From Flavobacterium sp. (GTDB lineage Bacteria > Bacteroidota > Bacteroidia > Flavobacteriales > Flavobacteriaceae), in the NCBI GenBank assembly GCA_044349645.1, contig JBIKQP010000001.1: a stretch of 64,000 bases of DNA; one strand, given 5' to 3'. Numbering within the stretch: position 1 is the first letter of the stretch; the number at the start of each line of letters is the position of its first letter. Made by a program: the position numbers and the translations under genes. Under the pieces are notes generated by a model, which was given only the letters and a program-made list of their open reading frames with translations, was not told where the DNA came from and made no database searches. This document shows, in pieces, positions 47,865-58,245 of this stretch.

Positions 47865-47930
47865 AAGGATACAAAAGTAAGCAACTTTATTTTGTTGTTA
47901 TTTCTAAATAAATATTGTTTTTTAGTATTT

Positions 47931-47963
47931 AATTATTGTTTATCAATAATTTAATTATATTTG
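47931..47963 (+). promoter_or_regulatory. Promoter with palindromic operator for the DUF2975-HTH pair
   Basis: AATTATTG-N5-CAATAATT (47931-47951) just upstream of the -7 box TATATTTG (47956-47963). Confidence 0.55.
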
Positions 47964-47986
47964 TAGCAACTTTAAAATAAAAAAAG

Positions 47987-48490
47987 ATGAGAAAATTAAT
48001 TTTTTTAAAAACCATAGTGGATTATGTTTGGATAATGTCAATTATCGCTTTACCATTATTAATTTTGTTTATTGGTTTTGCTTTATTTTCAAATGAACCA
48101 ATTGATATTCCAATAAATATTTCTGGAATTAATATAAATGCAACAACTTCATTTGGCAAAATAGGATTGGTATTTAGTATGGTAAATTTTGTAATTATAC
48201 TTTTTGCAATTTATAATTTCAAATCGCTTTTAGATAATTTCAGAAAAAAAATAATTTTTGAGTCTGAATCATTCCTATTATTAGATAAAATAGGAAATTT
48301 GGTTATTCTTTCGGCAAGTTTGTATTTAATTTCAGACTTATTAGGTGCTTTTTCAAATAGTACTATTTCAATAAATTTAGGTTTTGGACCCTTTTTATAT
48401 TTGATGGCGCTTGGGCTATTTTTCAAAGTGTTATCCGAAGTTTTTATTATTGGAAAACGAATTAAAGAAGATAGCGAACTAACTATATAA
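47987..48490 (+). CDS. DUF2975 membrane protein
   Basis: Four TMs, C-terminal G..IKEDSELTI, paired with a Cro/C1 HTH gene. Confidence 0.85.
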   Translation: MRKLIFLKTIVDYVWIMSIIALPLLILFIGFALFSNEPIDIPINISGININATTSFGKIGLVFSMVNFVIILFAIYNFKSLLDNFRKKIIFESESFLLLDKIGNLVILSASLYLISDLLGAFSNSTISINLGFGPFLYLMALGLFFKVLSEVFIIGKRIKEDSELTI

Positions 48491-48492
48491 CT

Positions 48493-48702
48493 ATGGCAAT
48501 TATTATAAATGTAGATGTAATGCTCGCCAAACGGAAAATGCGTTCTAATGAATTGGCAGATTCAATTGGGATAACGACGGCAAATTTGTCAATATTAAAA
48601 ACAGGTAAAGCTAGAGCAATTCGTTTTTCAACCTTAGAAATGATCTGTAAAGTATTGGACTGTCAGCCTGGAGATATTATGGAATATGTGAGTGATAAAT
48701 AA
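48493..48702 (+). CDS. Cro/C1 (YozG-like) HTH regulator
   Basis: LSILKTGKARAIRFSTL..IC..LDCQPGDI. Confidence 0.92.
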   Translation: MAIIINVDVMLAKRKMRSNELADSIGITTANLSILKTGKARAIRFSTLEMICKVLDCQPGDIMEYVSDK

Positions 48703-48708
48703 GTTTAT

Positions 48709-49650
48709 TTATTTTTTCAAATGGTCCAACATGTCTTTTGTCATGCTTGAAATGTCGAATTTATGATTCCAATTCCAATCTTCTCTTGCTGCACTATCGT
48801 CAATGCTTGCTGGCCAACTATCTGCAATTTTTTGACGGAAGTCAGGGTGATAAGTAATGGTAAATTCTGGGATGTGTTTCTTAATTTCTTCAGCAATTTC
48901 TGTTGGAGTAAAACTCATTGCGGCTAAATTGTAGGAAGAGCGAATTTTAATTTGCTCTTTTGGACTTTGCATAATTTGGATAGTTGCAGCAATCGCATCG
49001 TCCATATACATCATAGGCATTTTGGTTTCCGAAGATAAAAAGCAATCGTATTTTTTCTTAGCAATAGCTTTGTGAAATATATCAACTGCATAATCTGTAG
49101 TTCCGCCACCAGGAGGCGAAGACCAGCTAATTAAACCAGGATATCGAATACTTCTCACATCTACGCCATAGATATTGTGATAATATTCGCACCATCTTTC
49201 TCCCGCTTGTTTACTAATTCCGTAAACCGTACTCGGTTCCATAATAGTATATTGAGGGGTATTTTCTCTTGGAGTGGTAGGTCCAAAAACGGCAATACTA
49301 GAAGGCCAAAAAATTTTTTTAATTTTTCCAGCTTTTGCCAAATTCAACACGTGAAAAAGAGAATTCATATTTAAATCCCAAGCAAATGCTGGGTTTTTTT
49401 CCGCTGTTGCCGATAATAAGGCGGCCATTAAATAAACTTCATCAATTTGGTGCACTTCTACAAGATGTTGAATTTGATTAAAATCCAATGCGTTGATGAC
49501 TTCAAATGGCCCAGAATTTACCACATCGATATTTAATTTTCTAATATCGGAAGCAATTACGTTTTCTACACCATAAATTCCACGTAATTTCTGTGTTAAC
49601 TCAGTTCCGATTTGTCCGCAAGCACCGATAATTAGAATTTTTGTAGCCAT
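48709..49650 (-). CDS. L-threonine 3-dehydrogenase (SDR/epimerase type)
   Basis: GACGQIG, ALLSATAE, YGISK, PGGGTTDY, IADSWP. Confidence 0.9.
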   Translation of the reverse strand: MATKILIIGACGQIGTELTQKLRGIYGVENVIASDIRKLNIDVVNSGPFEVINALDFNQIQHLVEVHQIDEVYLMAALLSATAEKNPAFAWDLNMNSLFHVLNLAKAGKIKKIFWPSSIAVFGPTTPRENTPQYTIMEPSTVYGISKQAGERWCEYYHNIYGVDVRSIRYPGLISWSSPPGGGTTDYAVDIFHKAIAKKKYDCFLSSETKMPMMYMDDAIAATIQIMQSPKEQIKIRSSYNLAAMSFTPTEIAEEIKKHIPEFTITYHPDFRQKIADSWPASIDDSAAREDWNWNHKFDISSMTKDMLDHLKK

Positions 49651-49769
49651 TTGATAAATTTAGACTACAAATATAGCAATTTCGGATTTTAAAATCATTT
49701 TTATGAGAATTATTCAAAATTCGTATTTCTTGAATTACCTTTGTAACTTTGTATCAAATAATTATATAG

Positions 49770-50342
49770 ATGAAACTGCAAAATACGGTTCTTTTAATAG
49801 CGCTTTTAGTACTTTTTTCTTGTCATAACAATAAGGAGCAACGACTAATTGAAAACGCTAAAGATGCTAAAAAGAAAGAAACGATCTTTAATAATATTAA
49901 TAAAGGATGGAATTTTAATGCCAATCCAATAAATCCTGCCGCTCAAGGATTGGTCTCTATGTGGCCGGAATGGCGTGGTTTTTTATTGGAATTAAATAGC
50001 AAACCAAAAAGTACCATTGGAGCATTCCAGAAAAAAGCCAAAGAACTTTCAAAAAAAGTACTTGAGTTGAATAATAATATTCCTATGGCGTACAGTAAAC
50101 CGGAAGTAAAAAGCCGTATTGCTGTATTGATTTGTAAAATAAATTCACTTAATCTTTACATCAATTTAGATGAAATTCCTGACGATAAAGTGGTTGCGTT
50201 GGTAATTGAAATTAACATCGAATTGATATCACTTCAAAAACAATTAGATGAAATTGTGAGAAAAAGCACCATTCCTAGAGAAGAAGGAGAATCTGATTTG
50301 ATTCAAATGTTAGATACTTCAAGAGCCATTCCAACCCGATAA
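49770..50342 (+). CDS. Hypothetical lipoprotein
   Basis: LFS-C lipobox, upstream of mfd. Confidence 0.8.
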   Translation: MKLQNTVLLIALLVLFSCHNNKEQRLIENAKDAKKKETIFNNINKGWNFNANPINPAAQGLVSMWPEWRGFLLELNSKPKSTIGAFQKKAKELSKKVLELNNNIPMAYSKPEVKSRIAVLICKINSLNLYINLDEIPDDKVVALVIEINIELISLQKQLDEIVRKSTIPREEGESDLIQMLDTSRAIPTR

Positions 50343-50355
50343 AATTATATTTTAG

Positions 50356-53300
50356 TTGAGCAAATCAGTAGTAGTAGGGAAATTTGACAAAGCCACCAAG
50401 GTCAGTCAAATTGCAGAAGTTTTACAACAATCAGAAAATAAAATTCACCTTAAGGGGTTAATTGGGTCTTCGTTATCGTTTGTTGTAAACTCTCTTTTTT
50501 ATAAAACCGAACTTCCATTTTTGTTAATTTTTGAGGATAAAGAAGCCGCCGCTTATTATTTAAACGACCTTGAACAATTAATTGGCGATAAAGAGGTGTT
50601 ATTTTATCCGGGTTCTTTTAGAAATCCATACCAAGTAGAAGAGGTTGATAATGCTAATGTTTTGCTTCGCGCTGAGGTTTTGAACCGCATCAATTCTCGA
50701 AAAAAACCTGCTATAATTGTTACTTATCCCGAATCGTTATTTGAAAAAGTAGTGACAAAAAAAGAGTTGGAAAAGAACACTTTGAAAGTGGCCGTGGGAG
50801 ATAAAATTTCAATTGATTTTATAAACGAAGTCCTTTTTGAATATGAATTTAAAAGGGTCGATTTTATCACAGAACCTGGCGAATTTTCTGTTCGAGGTGG
50901 AATAATTGATGTTTTTTCTTTTTCAAATGACAACCCGTACCGAATAGAATTTTTTGGAAATGAGGTGGATTCTATTCGAAGTTTTGATGTGGAAACGCAA
51001 CTATCAATTGAAAAAAAGAATAAAATCACGATCATTCCAAATGTAGAAAATAAGTTTTTTCAAGAAGACCGCGAGAGTTTTTTGGATTATATTTCCTCGA
51101 ATACGACTCTTTTTATTCAAAATACGGATGCGCTAATTTCAAAATTGGACTCCTTATTTGCTAAAGCAGAAGAAGCCTACAGTAAATTATCAGGAACGGT
51201 AAAACACCTAGCGCCCGAGCAACTATTTTTAAACCAAAAAGCATTTCTAAAAAAAGCACTCGATTTTAATGTAGTTGAATTGGGTTCCAAAGCTATTTTT
51301 AATTCCAACAAAACTTTTGAATTTCATATTCTTCCTCAGCCGTCTTTTAATAAGCAGTTTGATTTATTGCTAAATAACCTAAATGAAAATCATTTTAATG
51401 GAATAAAAAATTATTTATTTTGTTCCAATGATGCTCAGGCAAAACGCTTTCACGATATTTTTCAAACCTTGGATGAAGCCAATCACGAAAGTATTAGAAA
51501 ACAATATGACACCATAAAATTGCCATTATTTCAAGGATTTATTGACGAGGAACTTCAAATTGCGTGTTATACCGATCATCAAATTTTTGAGCGATATCAT
51601 AAATTCAGCATCAAAAATGGTTATGCTAAAAAGCAAACAATTACTCTTCAAGAATTGACCAATTTATCGGTTGGAGATTATGTTACTCATATTGATCACG
51701 GAATTGGGAAGTTTGGTGGCTTGCAAAAAATCCAAGTGGAAGGCAAAACCCAAGAAGCAATTAAGCTGGTTTATGCCGATAATGATATTGTTTATGTGAG
51801 TATACACTCACTTTATAAAATTTCAAAATTCAACGGAAAAGACGGCACTCCTCCTAAAATTTACAAATTAGGATCGAATGCTTGGAAGGTATTAAAACAA
51901 AAAACGAAAGCCCGAGTTAAGCACATTGCGTTCAATTTAATTCAATTGTATGCTAAGCGAAGATTGGAAAAAGGATTTCAATTTAAACCTGATAGTTATT
52001 TGCAATTAGAGCTTGAAAGTTCATTTATTTATGAAGACACACCCGACCAAAATAAAGCCACTCAAGAGGTAAAAGCCGATATGGAAAGCGACCGTCCTAT
52101 GGATCGATTAGTATGCGGTGACGTAGGTTTTGGGAAAACAGAAGTGGCTATTCGAGCTGCATTTAAAGCTGTAGATAATGGAAAACAAGTGGCTGTTTTG
52201 GTGCCAACAACCATTTTGGCGTACCAACATTTCCGAACATTTTCCGAAAGGTTAAAAGACATGCCGGTTTCTGTTGGCTATTTAAACCGATTTAGAACAG
52301 CGAAACAAAAAGCAGAAACGCTGAAAGATTTGGAAGACGGAAAACTAGATATTTTAATTGGAACCCATCAATTGGTAAACAAAAATGTAGTTTTTAAAGA
52401 TTTAGGATTACTGATTGTTGATGAGGAACAAAAATTTGGAGTAAATGTAAAAGACAAGCTAAAAACCATTGCTGCCAATATTGATACGCTCACCTTAACC
52501 GCAACCCCAATCCCGAGAACGTTACAGTTTTCATTAATGGCTGCACGAGATTTATCAGTAATTACTACACCTCCGCCCAATCGTTATCCTATTGAAACTA
52601 ACGTGATTGGGTTTAGCGAAGAATTAATTCGTGACGCGATATCCTATGAAATTCAAAGAAACGGACAAGTTTTCTTTGTCAATAATAGAATAGAAAACAT
52701 TAAAGAAGTTGCCGGAATGATCCAGAGATTGGTACCAAACGCAAGAGTTGGAATTGGTCATGGCCAAATGGATGGCAAGAAATTAGAAGAATTAATGTTG
52801 GCTTTTATGAACGGCGAATTCGATGTTTTAGTCGCTACGACCATCATCGAAAGTGGTTTGGATGTTCCAAATGCCAATACGATTTTTATTAATAACGCCA
52901 ATAATTTTGGAGTTTCCGATTTACATCAAATGAGAGGTCGAGTAGGGCGTAGCAACAAAAAAGCGTTTTGTTATTTCATCTGTCCACCGTATTCCGCAAT
53001 GACCGACGATGCCAGAAAACGAATCCAAGCGTTAGAGCAGTATAGCGAATTGGGAGGTGGATTAAATATTGCCATGAAAGACCTTGAAATTCGTGGTGCA
53101 GGAGATTTATTGGGAGGCGAACAAAGCGGTTTCATTAACGAAATTGGTTTTGAAACCTATCAAAAAATTATGAATGAAGCCATTGACGAATTGAAGGAAA
53201 ACGAATTCAAAGAGTTGTATTCTGAAGAAAATAAAGATGTTGAAAAAACCTATGTGAAAGACCTCCAACTCGATACCGATTTCGAATTGTTGTTCCCAGA

Positions 53301-53712
53301 TGAATACATCAATAATATTACCGAGCGCCTTAAATTGTACAATGAATTGAGCGTAATTAAAGACGAAAACGGATTATTAGAATTTGAAAACAAACTTATT
53401 GATCGCTTCGGTCCATTACCAAAACAAGCCATTTCACTGTTGAATAGCATCAAAATAAAATGGGTTGCAACGCAATTAGGAATTGAAAAATTGGTAATGA
53501 AACAAGGTAAAATGATTTGCTATTTTGTTTCCGACCAACAATCGAGTTATTACCAATCTGGGCGATTCAGCCAAGTATTGCAATTTGTGCAAACTCAGTC
53601 AAAATTGTGTACCATGAAGGAAAAACAAACTCCAAATGGATTACGATTATTACTAACTTTTGAAAACGTAAAATCAATAAATAAGGCCTTGGAATTGATT
53701 CAGATGATATAA
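50356..53712 (+). CDS. mfd: Transcription-repair coupling factor
   Basis: UvrB-like N-terminus, HIDHGIG RID, GDVGFGKT, DEEQKFG, TATPIPRTL, QMRGRVGR. Confidence 0.98.
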   Translation: MSKSVVVGKFDKATKVSQIAEVLQQSENKIHLKGLIGSSLSFVVNSLFYKTELPFLLIFEDKEAAAYYLNDLEQLIGDKEVLFYPGSFRNPYQVEEVDNANVLLRAEVLNRINSRKKPAIIVTYPESLFEKVVTKKELEKNTLKVAVGDKISIDFINEVLFEYEFKRVDFITEPGEFSVRGGIIDVFSFSNDNPYRIEFFGNEVDSIRSFDVETQLSIEKKNKITIIPNVENKFFQEDRESFLDYISSNTTLFIQNTDALISKLDSLFAKAEEAYSKLSGTVKHLAPEQLFLNQKAFLKKALDFNVVELGSKAIFNSNKTFEFHILPQPSFNKQFDLLLNNLNENHFNGIKNYLFCSNDAQAKRFHDIFQTLDEANHESIRKQYDTIKLPLFQGFIDEELQIACYTDHQIFERYHKFSIKNGYAKKQTITLQELTNLSVGDYVTHIDHGIGKFGGLQKIQVEGKTQEAIKLVYADNDIVYVSIHSLYKISKFNGKDGTPPKIYKLGSNAWKVLKQKTKARVKHIAFNLIQLYAKRRLEKGFQFKPDSYLQLELESSFIYEDTPDQNKATQEVKADMESDRPMDRLVCGDVGFGKTEVAIRAAFKAVDNGKQVAVLVPTTILAYQHFRTFSERLKDMPVSVGYLNRFRTAKQKAETLKDLEDGKLDILIGTHQLVNKNVVFKDLGLLIVDEEQKFGVNVKDKLKTIAANIDTLTLTATPIPRTLQFSLMAARDLSVITTPPPNRYPIETNVIGFSEELIRDAISYEIQRNGQVFFVNNRIENIKEVAGMIQRLVPNARVGIGHGQMDGKKLEELMLAFMNGEFDVLVATTIIESGLDVPNANTIFINNANNFGVSDLHQMRGRVGRSNKKAFCYFICPPYSAMTDDARKRIQALEQYSELGGGLNIAMKDLEIRGAGDLLGGEQSGFINEIGFETYQKIMNEAIDELKENEFKELYSEENKDVEKTYVKDLQLDTDFELLFPDEYINNITERLKLYNELSVIKDENGLLEFENKLIDRFGPLPKQAISLLNSIKIKWVATQLGIEKLVMKQGKMICYFVSDQQSSYYQSGRFSQVLQFVQTQSKLCTMKEKQTPNGLRLLLTFENVKSINKALELIQMI

Positions 53713-53714
53713 TT

Positions 53715-54374
53715 TTATAACATTTTCAAATCCTTAATCACTCTAAAAGCAATATCTACTTCGTCATCGCTAACTAAAATAGTGAATTCATTCGAGGTTG
53801 AAATCACTTCATTTATTATAATTCCTTCCCAAGCCAAACGCTGAAAAATAAAGTAATAAATCCCTGGAATTACTGTATTTTCTTTAGGTAATTTTATCGT
53901 TATGGAAGCTAGATTTTCTAGTTTTTGGATTTGCTTTTCAGTTGCAAAATGTTTTTCTACTAAATGTTCGACACTTTGACTCACAATGATATTGGTTTCG
54001 CTAACCCCTTTTGATGAGGTATAAAATATATCGGGATTGCTGTTGATTTCCGAAATTAAATCGGCTTGCTTGGTCAAAATGGTGCTTGAAACGGCAAACG
54101 TATAATCAATTAAAGAAGACCGAACGGTGATTTCACCCAAGTTTTTCATCACTTTTGAAATCTTGTGATTCAATCTAAAATCCAAATCTACTGAAAGTCG
54201 TTTTAGCGCCATTACTATCGCACCTTGTTTGACATCTTTCCCAAATTCCGATTCTAATTCAATCATCATATTTCTCGATAATGAAGTTAAATTTATAATA
54301 TTTTGGGATAAAGCACTTAATAAAAAAGGCTTTGTTTTGATGTAATTTTCTACAATTGAAGATACGGTTTTCAT
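53715..54374 (-). CDS. Stand-alone ACT-domain protein with a helical N-terminus (no kinase domain)
   Basis: PGIYYFIF..LAWEGI.I.EVIST.NEFTILV ACT-like repeat. 219 aa, no amino-acid-kinase motifs. Confidence 0.75.
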   Translation of the reverse strand: MKTVSSIVENYIKTKPFLLSALSQNIINLTSLSRNMMIELESEFGKDVKQGAIVMALKRLSVDLDFRLNHKISKVMKNLGEITVRSSLIDYTFAVSSTILTKQADLISEINSNPDIFYTSSKGVSETNIIVSQSVEHLVEKHFATEKQIQKLENLASITIKLPKENTVIPGIYYFIFQRLAWEGIIINEVISTSNEFTILVSDDEVDIAFRVIKDLKML

Positions 54375-54439
54375 TTTTTAATGATGTTTAAATGCGACGC
54401 AAATGTATCAATAAAAAACAAATTGTTATAAATATAACA

Positions 54440-54799
54440 TTAAAAAAAATAAAATGCGTCTTTTAAATGTTCTATTTTAAATCCTTTACCTTCTCTGTGA
54501 AGTGCAATAATATCAAAGCGAACTTCCACTTCAAGATCATTTGAAATTACATATTCGTTGATGGCTTTAACTAAGAGTTGGATTTTTTTGGGTTTAACAA
54601 AATCCTGAGGCAAACCAAAATCGATGCTGGAGCGGGTTTTTACTTCTACAACGGCCAAGATATTTTCTTTTTTGGCGATAATATCTATTTCTGCTTTTTG
54701 AAAAGTCCAATTGGTTTCAATAATTGAATAGCCATTTTTTTCTAAAAATTCAACGGCCAATTCTTCACCTAATTTTCCTAAATCGTTATGATCGGCCAT
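54440..54799 (-). CDS. YraN (UPF0102) family protein
   Basis: GKLGEELA, EIDIIA, VEVKTR, RFDII. Confidence 0.93.
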   Translation of the reverse strand: MADHNDLGKLGEELAVEFLEKNGYSIIETNWTFQKAEIDIIAKKENILAVVEVKTRSSIDFGLPQDFVKPKKIQLLVKAINEYVISNDLEVEVRFDIIALHREGKGFKIEHLKDAFYFF

Positions 54800-54816
54800 T
54801 AAATTGTGGTTAAGTT

Positions 54817-55770
54817 TTAATACTTCAAGATTGTTTCTTTATCGTTAATTTCTAAACTCACTTTTCTACCAAAAATAAGAGTATTATTATCATGTATATG
54901 TCCTGCCGGAAAATCAAAAACTATTGGAAAATTATATTTTTTGGTAATATCCAAAATAATTTCATGGGCATTTTTCCCCCATGGAATTTCATTATCGTGC
55001 ATTTTTATAAAACTTCCCACAACTAATCCTTGTAAACCATCAAAGCAGCCGCACCGTTTTAAGCTCAGCATCATTCGATCGATATGGTATAAATATTCAT
55101 CTAAATCTTCAATAAATAGGATTTTTCCTTTGCAATCAACTTGCGATTCAGATCCCATCATACTGTATAAAATAGATAAATTTCCGCCCACTAATTCGCC
55201 TTCAGCAACTCCTAATCTGTTCTTATTTTGACAAGGAACTGAATATTTTAAGTTTTCGCCAAAGAGTGCTTTTCGCAAAGTTTCCTCAACTTTAGCCGAT
55301 GCTTTCTCCACATTTACAGGCATAATCCCATGAATTGTCGCTACTCCCAGCGTGTTCAAATGACTGTGAATAACGGTTACATCACTAAATCCAATAATCC
55401 ATTTTGGGTTTGCTTTAAATTTTGAAAAATCAACTAATTCAACCATTCTTGCTGTTCCATAACCACCACGAACGCACCAAACTGCCTTTATATTTGGATT
55501 ATCAATCATTTCTTGAAAATCGGCTGCTCTTTGTTCGTCGGTTCCTGCCAATTGGTGATTATCCAGACCAATTGTTTTACCAATCACCACATTCAATCCC
55601 CAGCTTTTAGCCAAATTAATTGCCGGTTTTAAGTTGTCAACAATATTTTTTCGGGCGGTTGCCACAATTGCAATAGTATCTCCTTTTTGTAAATTTGGTG
55701 GTATGATCATAGTTGTTTGCGCTTGAAGTTGGGAAACCAAAAAGAATAGCAATAAATAAATTCTAAGCAT
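54817..55770 (-). CDS. S66 LD-carboxypeptidase
   Basis: RGGYG, GFSDVT, GGNLS, FIED, AGH. Confidence 0.93.
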   Translation of the reverse strand: MLRIYLLLFFLVSQLQAQTTMIIPPNLQKGDTIAIVATARKNIVDNLKPAINLAKSWGLNVVIGKTIGLDNHQLAGTDEQRAADFQEMIDNPNIKAVWCVRGGYGTARMVELVDFSKFKANPKWIIGFSDVTVIHSHLNTLGVATIHGIMPVNVEKASAKVEETLRKALFGENLKYSVPCQNKNRLGVAEGELVGGNLSILYSMMGSESQVDCKGKILFIEDLDEYLYHIDRMMLSLKRCGCFDGLQGLVVGSFIKMHDNEIPWGKNAHEIILDITKKYNFPIVFDFPAGHIHDNNTLIFGRKVSLEINDKETILKY

Positions 55771-55864
55771 TTTTTGGTGTTTTTATATAGTTTCAAATTC
55801 AAAACAAATTAACAAATAAACAATAACAACTGCAAAGTTTTCAAATGCATAATTATAATAAAAG

Positions 55865-56548
55865 TTATGAATGGGACATTGCCATACAAACGATGCTAAT
55901 TTTGGCTCCCGGGATTTTTAATAAGGCTCTTCCACATGCTTCTAATGTCGCGCCCGTTGTTAACACATCATCAATTAATAGGAAGTGTTTGTTATGGTCA
56001 TTTTCAGTAAAAGTAACATCAAAGAGAGAATCAATAACCGATGTCCTTCCCAATAAATCCTTTTTCACCTGTGTTTTTGAATATACATTTCTTTGTAATA
56101 ACGAATCAATATAGTTGATTTCTAACTTATTTGCTATAGCAATTCCAAAATTGGAAACTTGGTTGTAACCTCTTTCACGAAGTCGTTTTTTATGAAGCGG
56201 AACTGGAATAACTGCGTCAAAATGTGTTGAAATTGGCAATAAAATCAGCTCCTCCGAAATCCAATCTCCAATAACGGTTCCTACTTCTTGATGCCCGTGG
56301 TATTTTAATCCGTGGATAATTTCTTGGACAATTCCTTTTTTATGAAAATAAAATAACGCCGAAACATGTTCCACAGGGATTTTTCCGTAAAATTTCATAA
56401 ACGCTTCATTTTCTTCATTTAAAAAATGTTGTGTCAATGGGATTTCATGACGGCAAGAGGAACAAATTATGTTTTCTTCAGACAATAAAAACCCTTTACA
56501 ACCAAGACAAACTTTCGGAAAAAATAAATTAATGAGGTTATTTACCAT
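55865..56548 (-). CDS. ComF family phosphoribosyltransferase-like protein
   Basis: N-terminal CxxC...CxxC, PVPLH..R..ERGYNQ, LIDDVLTTGAT. Confidence 0.93.
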   Translation of the reverse strand: MVNNLINLFFPKVCLGCKGFLLSEENIICSSCRHEIPLTQHFLNEENEAFMKFYGKIPVEHVSALFYFHKKGIVQEIIHGLKYHGHQEVGTVIGDWISEELILLPISTHFDAVIPVPLHKKRLRERGYNQVSNFGIAIANKLEINYIDSLLQRNVYSKTQVKKDLLGRTSVIDSLFDVTFTENDHNKHFLLIDDVLTTGATLEACGRALLKIPGAKISIVCMAMSHS

Positions 56549-56645
56549 CTATTTTGAGATTAATCTATAAAAATAACGAAAAGTAACGCTCAAAGTACAT
56601 TTATTATGCATTTATTAATTTCACTTTTTATATTTTTGCAACATT

Positions 56646-58187
56646 ATGGCAAAACAAGAAGATTTATTTAAAAATGTAGTTTCGCACGCAAAAGAATACG
56701 GATTTATTTTTCCGTCAAGCGAAATTTACGATGGTTTGAGTGCAGTTTATGATTATGCTCAAAACGGTATTGAATTAAAGAAAAACATCAGAGAATATTG
56801 GTGGAAATCGATGGTGCAAATGAATGAAAATATTGTAGGTCTTGACGCTGCAATATTAATGCACCCCACTACTTGGAAGGCTTCTGGCCACGTAGACGCC
56901 TTTAACGACCCATTAATTGACAATAAAGATTCGAAAAGAAGATATAGAGCCGACGTATTGATTGAAGATTATGCTGAAAAGCTTAATCAAAAAGCGGAGA
57001 AGGAAATCGAGAAAGCGAGTGTTCGTTTTGGAGATGCTTTTAACCGTGAAGAATTTGTTTCCACAAATGCCAGAGTGATAGAATATTTGTCAAAGAAAAA
57101 TGAAGTTTTGGCTCGAATGGCAAGATCATTAGAAAATGAAGATCTTGACGATGTGAAAGCTTTAATTGAAGAATTAGAAATTGCATGCCCTGAATCAGGT
57201 TCTAGAAATTGGACCGAAGTACGTCAGTTTAACTTAATGTTCGGAACAAAATTAGGCGCTTCTGCAGATACCGCAATGGATTTATATTTACGTCCTGAAA
57301 CGGCTCAAGGAATTTTTGTGAATTTCTTAAATGTTCAAAAATCAGGGCGAATGAAAATTCCTTTTGGAATAGCACAAACTGGAAAAGCATTTAGAAATGA
57401 GATTGTTGCAAGACAATTTATTTTCCGTATGCGGGAATTTGAACAAATGGAGATGCAGTTTTTTGTGAAACCTGGTGATGAAATGAAATGGTACGAACAT
57501 TGGAAAAACACCCGATTAAGTTGGCACCTTTCATTAGGATTAGGAAAAGAAAACTACCGTTTTCACGATCATGAAAAATTAGCGCATTATGCCAATGCTG
57601 CCGCAGATATTGAATTTAATTTTCCTTTTGGTTTCAAAGAATTAGAAGGAATTCACTCTCGTACCGATTTCGATTTGAAAGCACACGAGAAATTTTCAGG
57701 TAAGAAATTACAATATTTTGATCCCGAAACTAATGCCAATTATACACCTTATGTGGTGGAAACCTCGGTAGGATTGGACAGAATGTTTTTAGCTATTTTT
57801 TCAAACTCTTTGAAAGAGGAAACATTAGAAGATGGTTCAGTGAGAACAGTTTTACAATTACCAGCAGTTTTAGCTCCAACAAAAGCAGCTATTTTTCCAT
57901 TGGTTAAAAAAGATGGATTACCGGAAATTGCTCATCAAATTATTGACGATTTGAAATGGGATTTCAATGTTTCTTATGATGAGAAAGACGCTGTAGGAAG
58001 ACGCTATAGAAGACAAGATGCGCTTGGAACTCCATTTTGCATTACAGTTGATCACCAAACAGTAGAAGACCAAACGGTAACCATTCGTCATAGAGATACA
58101 ATGAAACAGGACCGAGTTAAAATTTCAGATTTAAAAGGAATAATTGAAAATGAAGTTTCTATGAAAAACTGGTTGATGAAAATGTAG
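56646..58187 (+). CDS. glyQS: Glycine-tRNA ligase (alpha2 type)
   Basis: YLRPETAQG, FRNEI, FRMREFEQME, LAHYA, GRRYRRQD. Confidence 0.97.
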   Translation: MAKQEDLFKNVVSHAKEYGFIFPSSEIYDGLSAVYDYAQNGIELKKNIREYWWKSMVQMNENIVGLDAAILMHPTTWKASGHVDAFNDPLIDNKDSKRRYRADVLIEDYAEKLNQKAEKEIEKASVRFGDAFNREEFVSTNARVIEYLSKKNEVLARMARSLENEDLDDVKALIEELEIACPESGSRNWTEVRQFNLMFGTKLGASADTAMDLYLRPETAQGIFVNFLNVQKSGRMKIPFGIAQTGKAFRNEIVARQFIFRMREFEQMEMQFFVKPGDEMKWYEHWKNTRLSWHLSLGLGKENYRFHDHEKLAHYANAAADIEFNFPFGFKELEGIHSRTDFDLKAHEKFSGKKLQYFDPETNANYTPYVVETSVGLDRMFLAIFSNSLKEETLEDGSVRTVLQLPAVLAPTKAAIFPLVKKDGLPEIAHQIIDDLKWDFNVSYDEKDAVGRRYRRQDALGTPFCITVDHQTVEDQTVTIRHRDTMKQDRVKISDLKGIIENEVSMKNWLMKM

Positions 58188-58203
58188 AGATAAGAGTATA
58201 AAG

Positions 58204-58243
58204 TTATAAAAAAGGCACTTCGATCGAAGTGCCTTTTTTATAA
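58204..58243. terminator. Bidirectional terminator, perfect 40-bp palindrome
   Basis: ttataaaaaaggcacttcga|tcgaagtgccttttttataa between convergent genes. Confidence 0.9.
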
Positions 58244-58245
58244 GA

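Noticed and set aside
58204-58243. Perfect 40-bp palindrome as a mobile element or recombination site
   Set aside because: Fully explained as a bidirectional terminator between convergent genes, with A/T tails on both sides.
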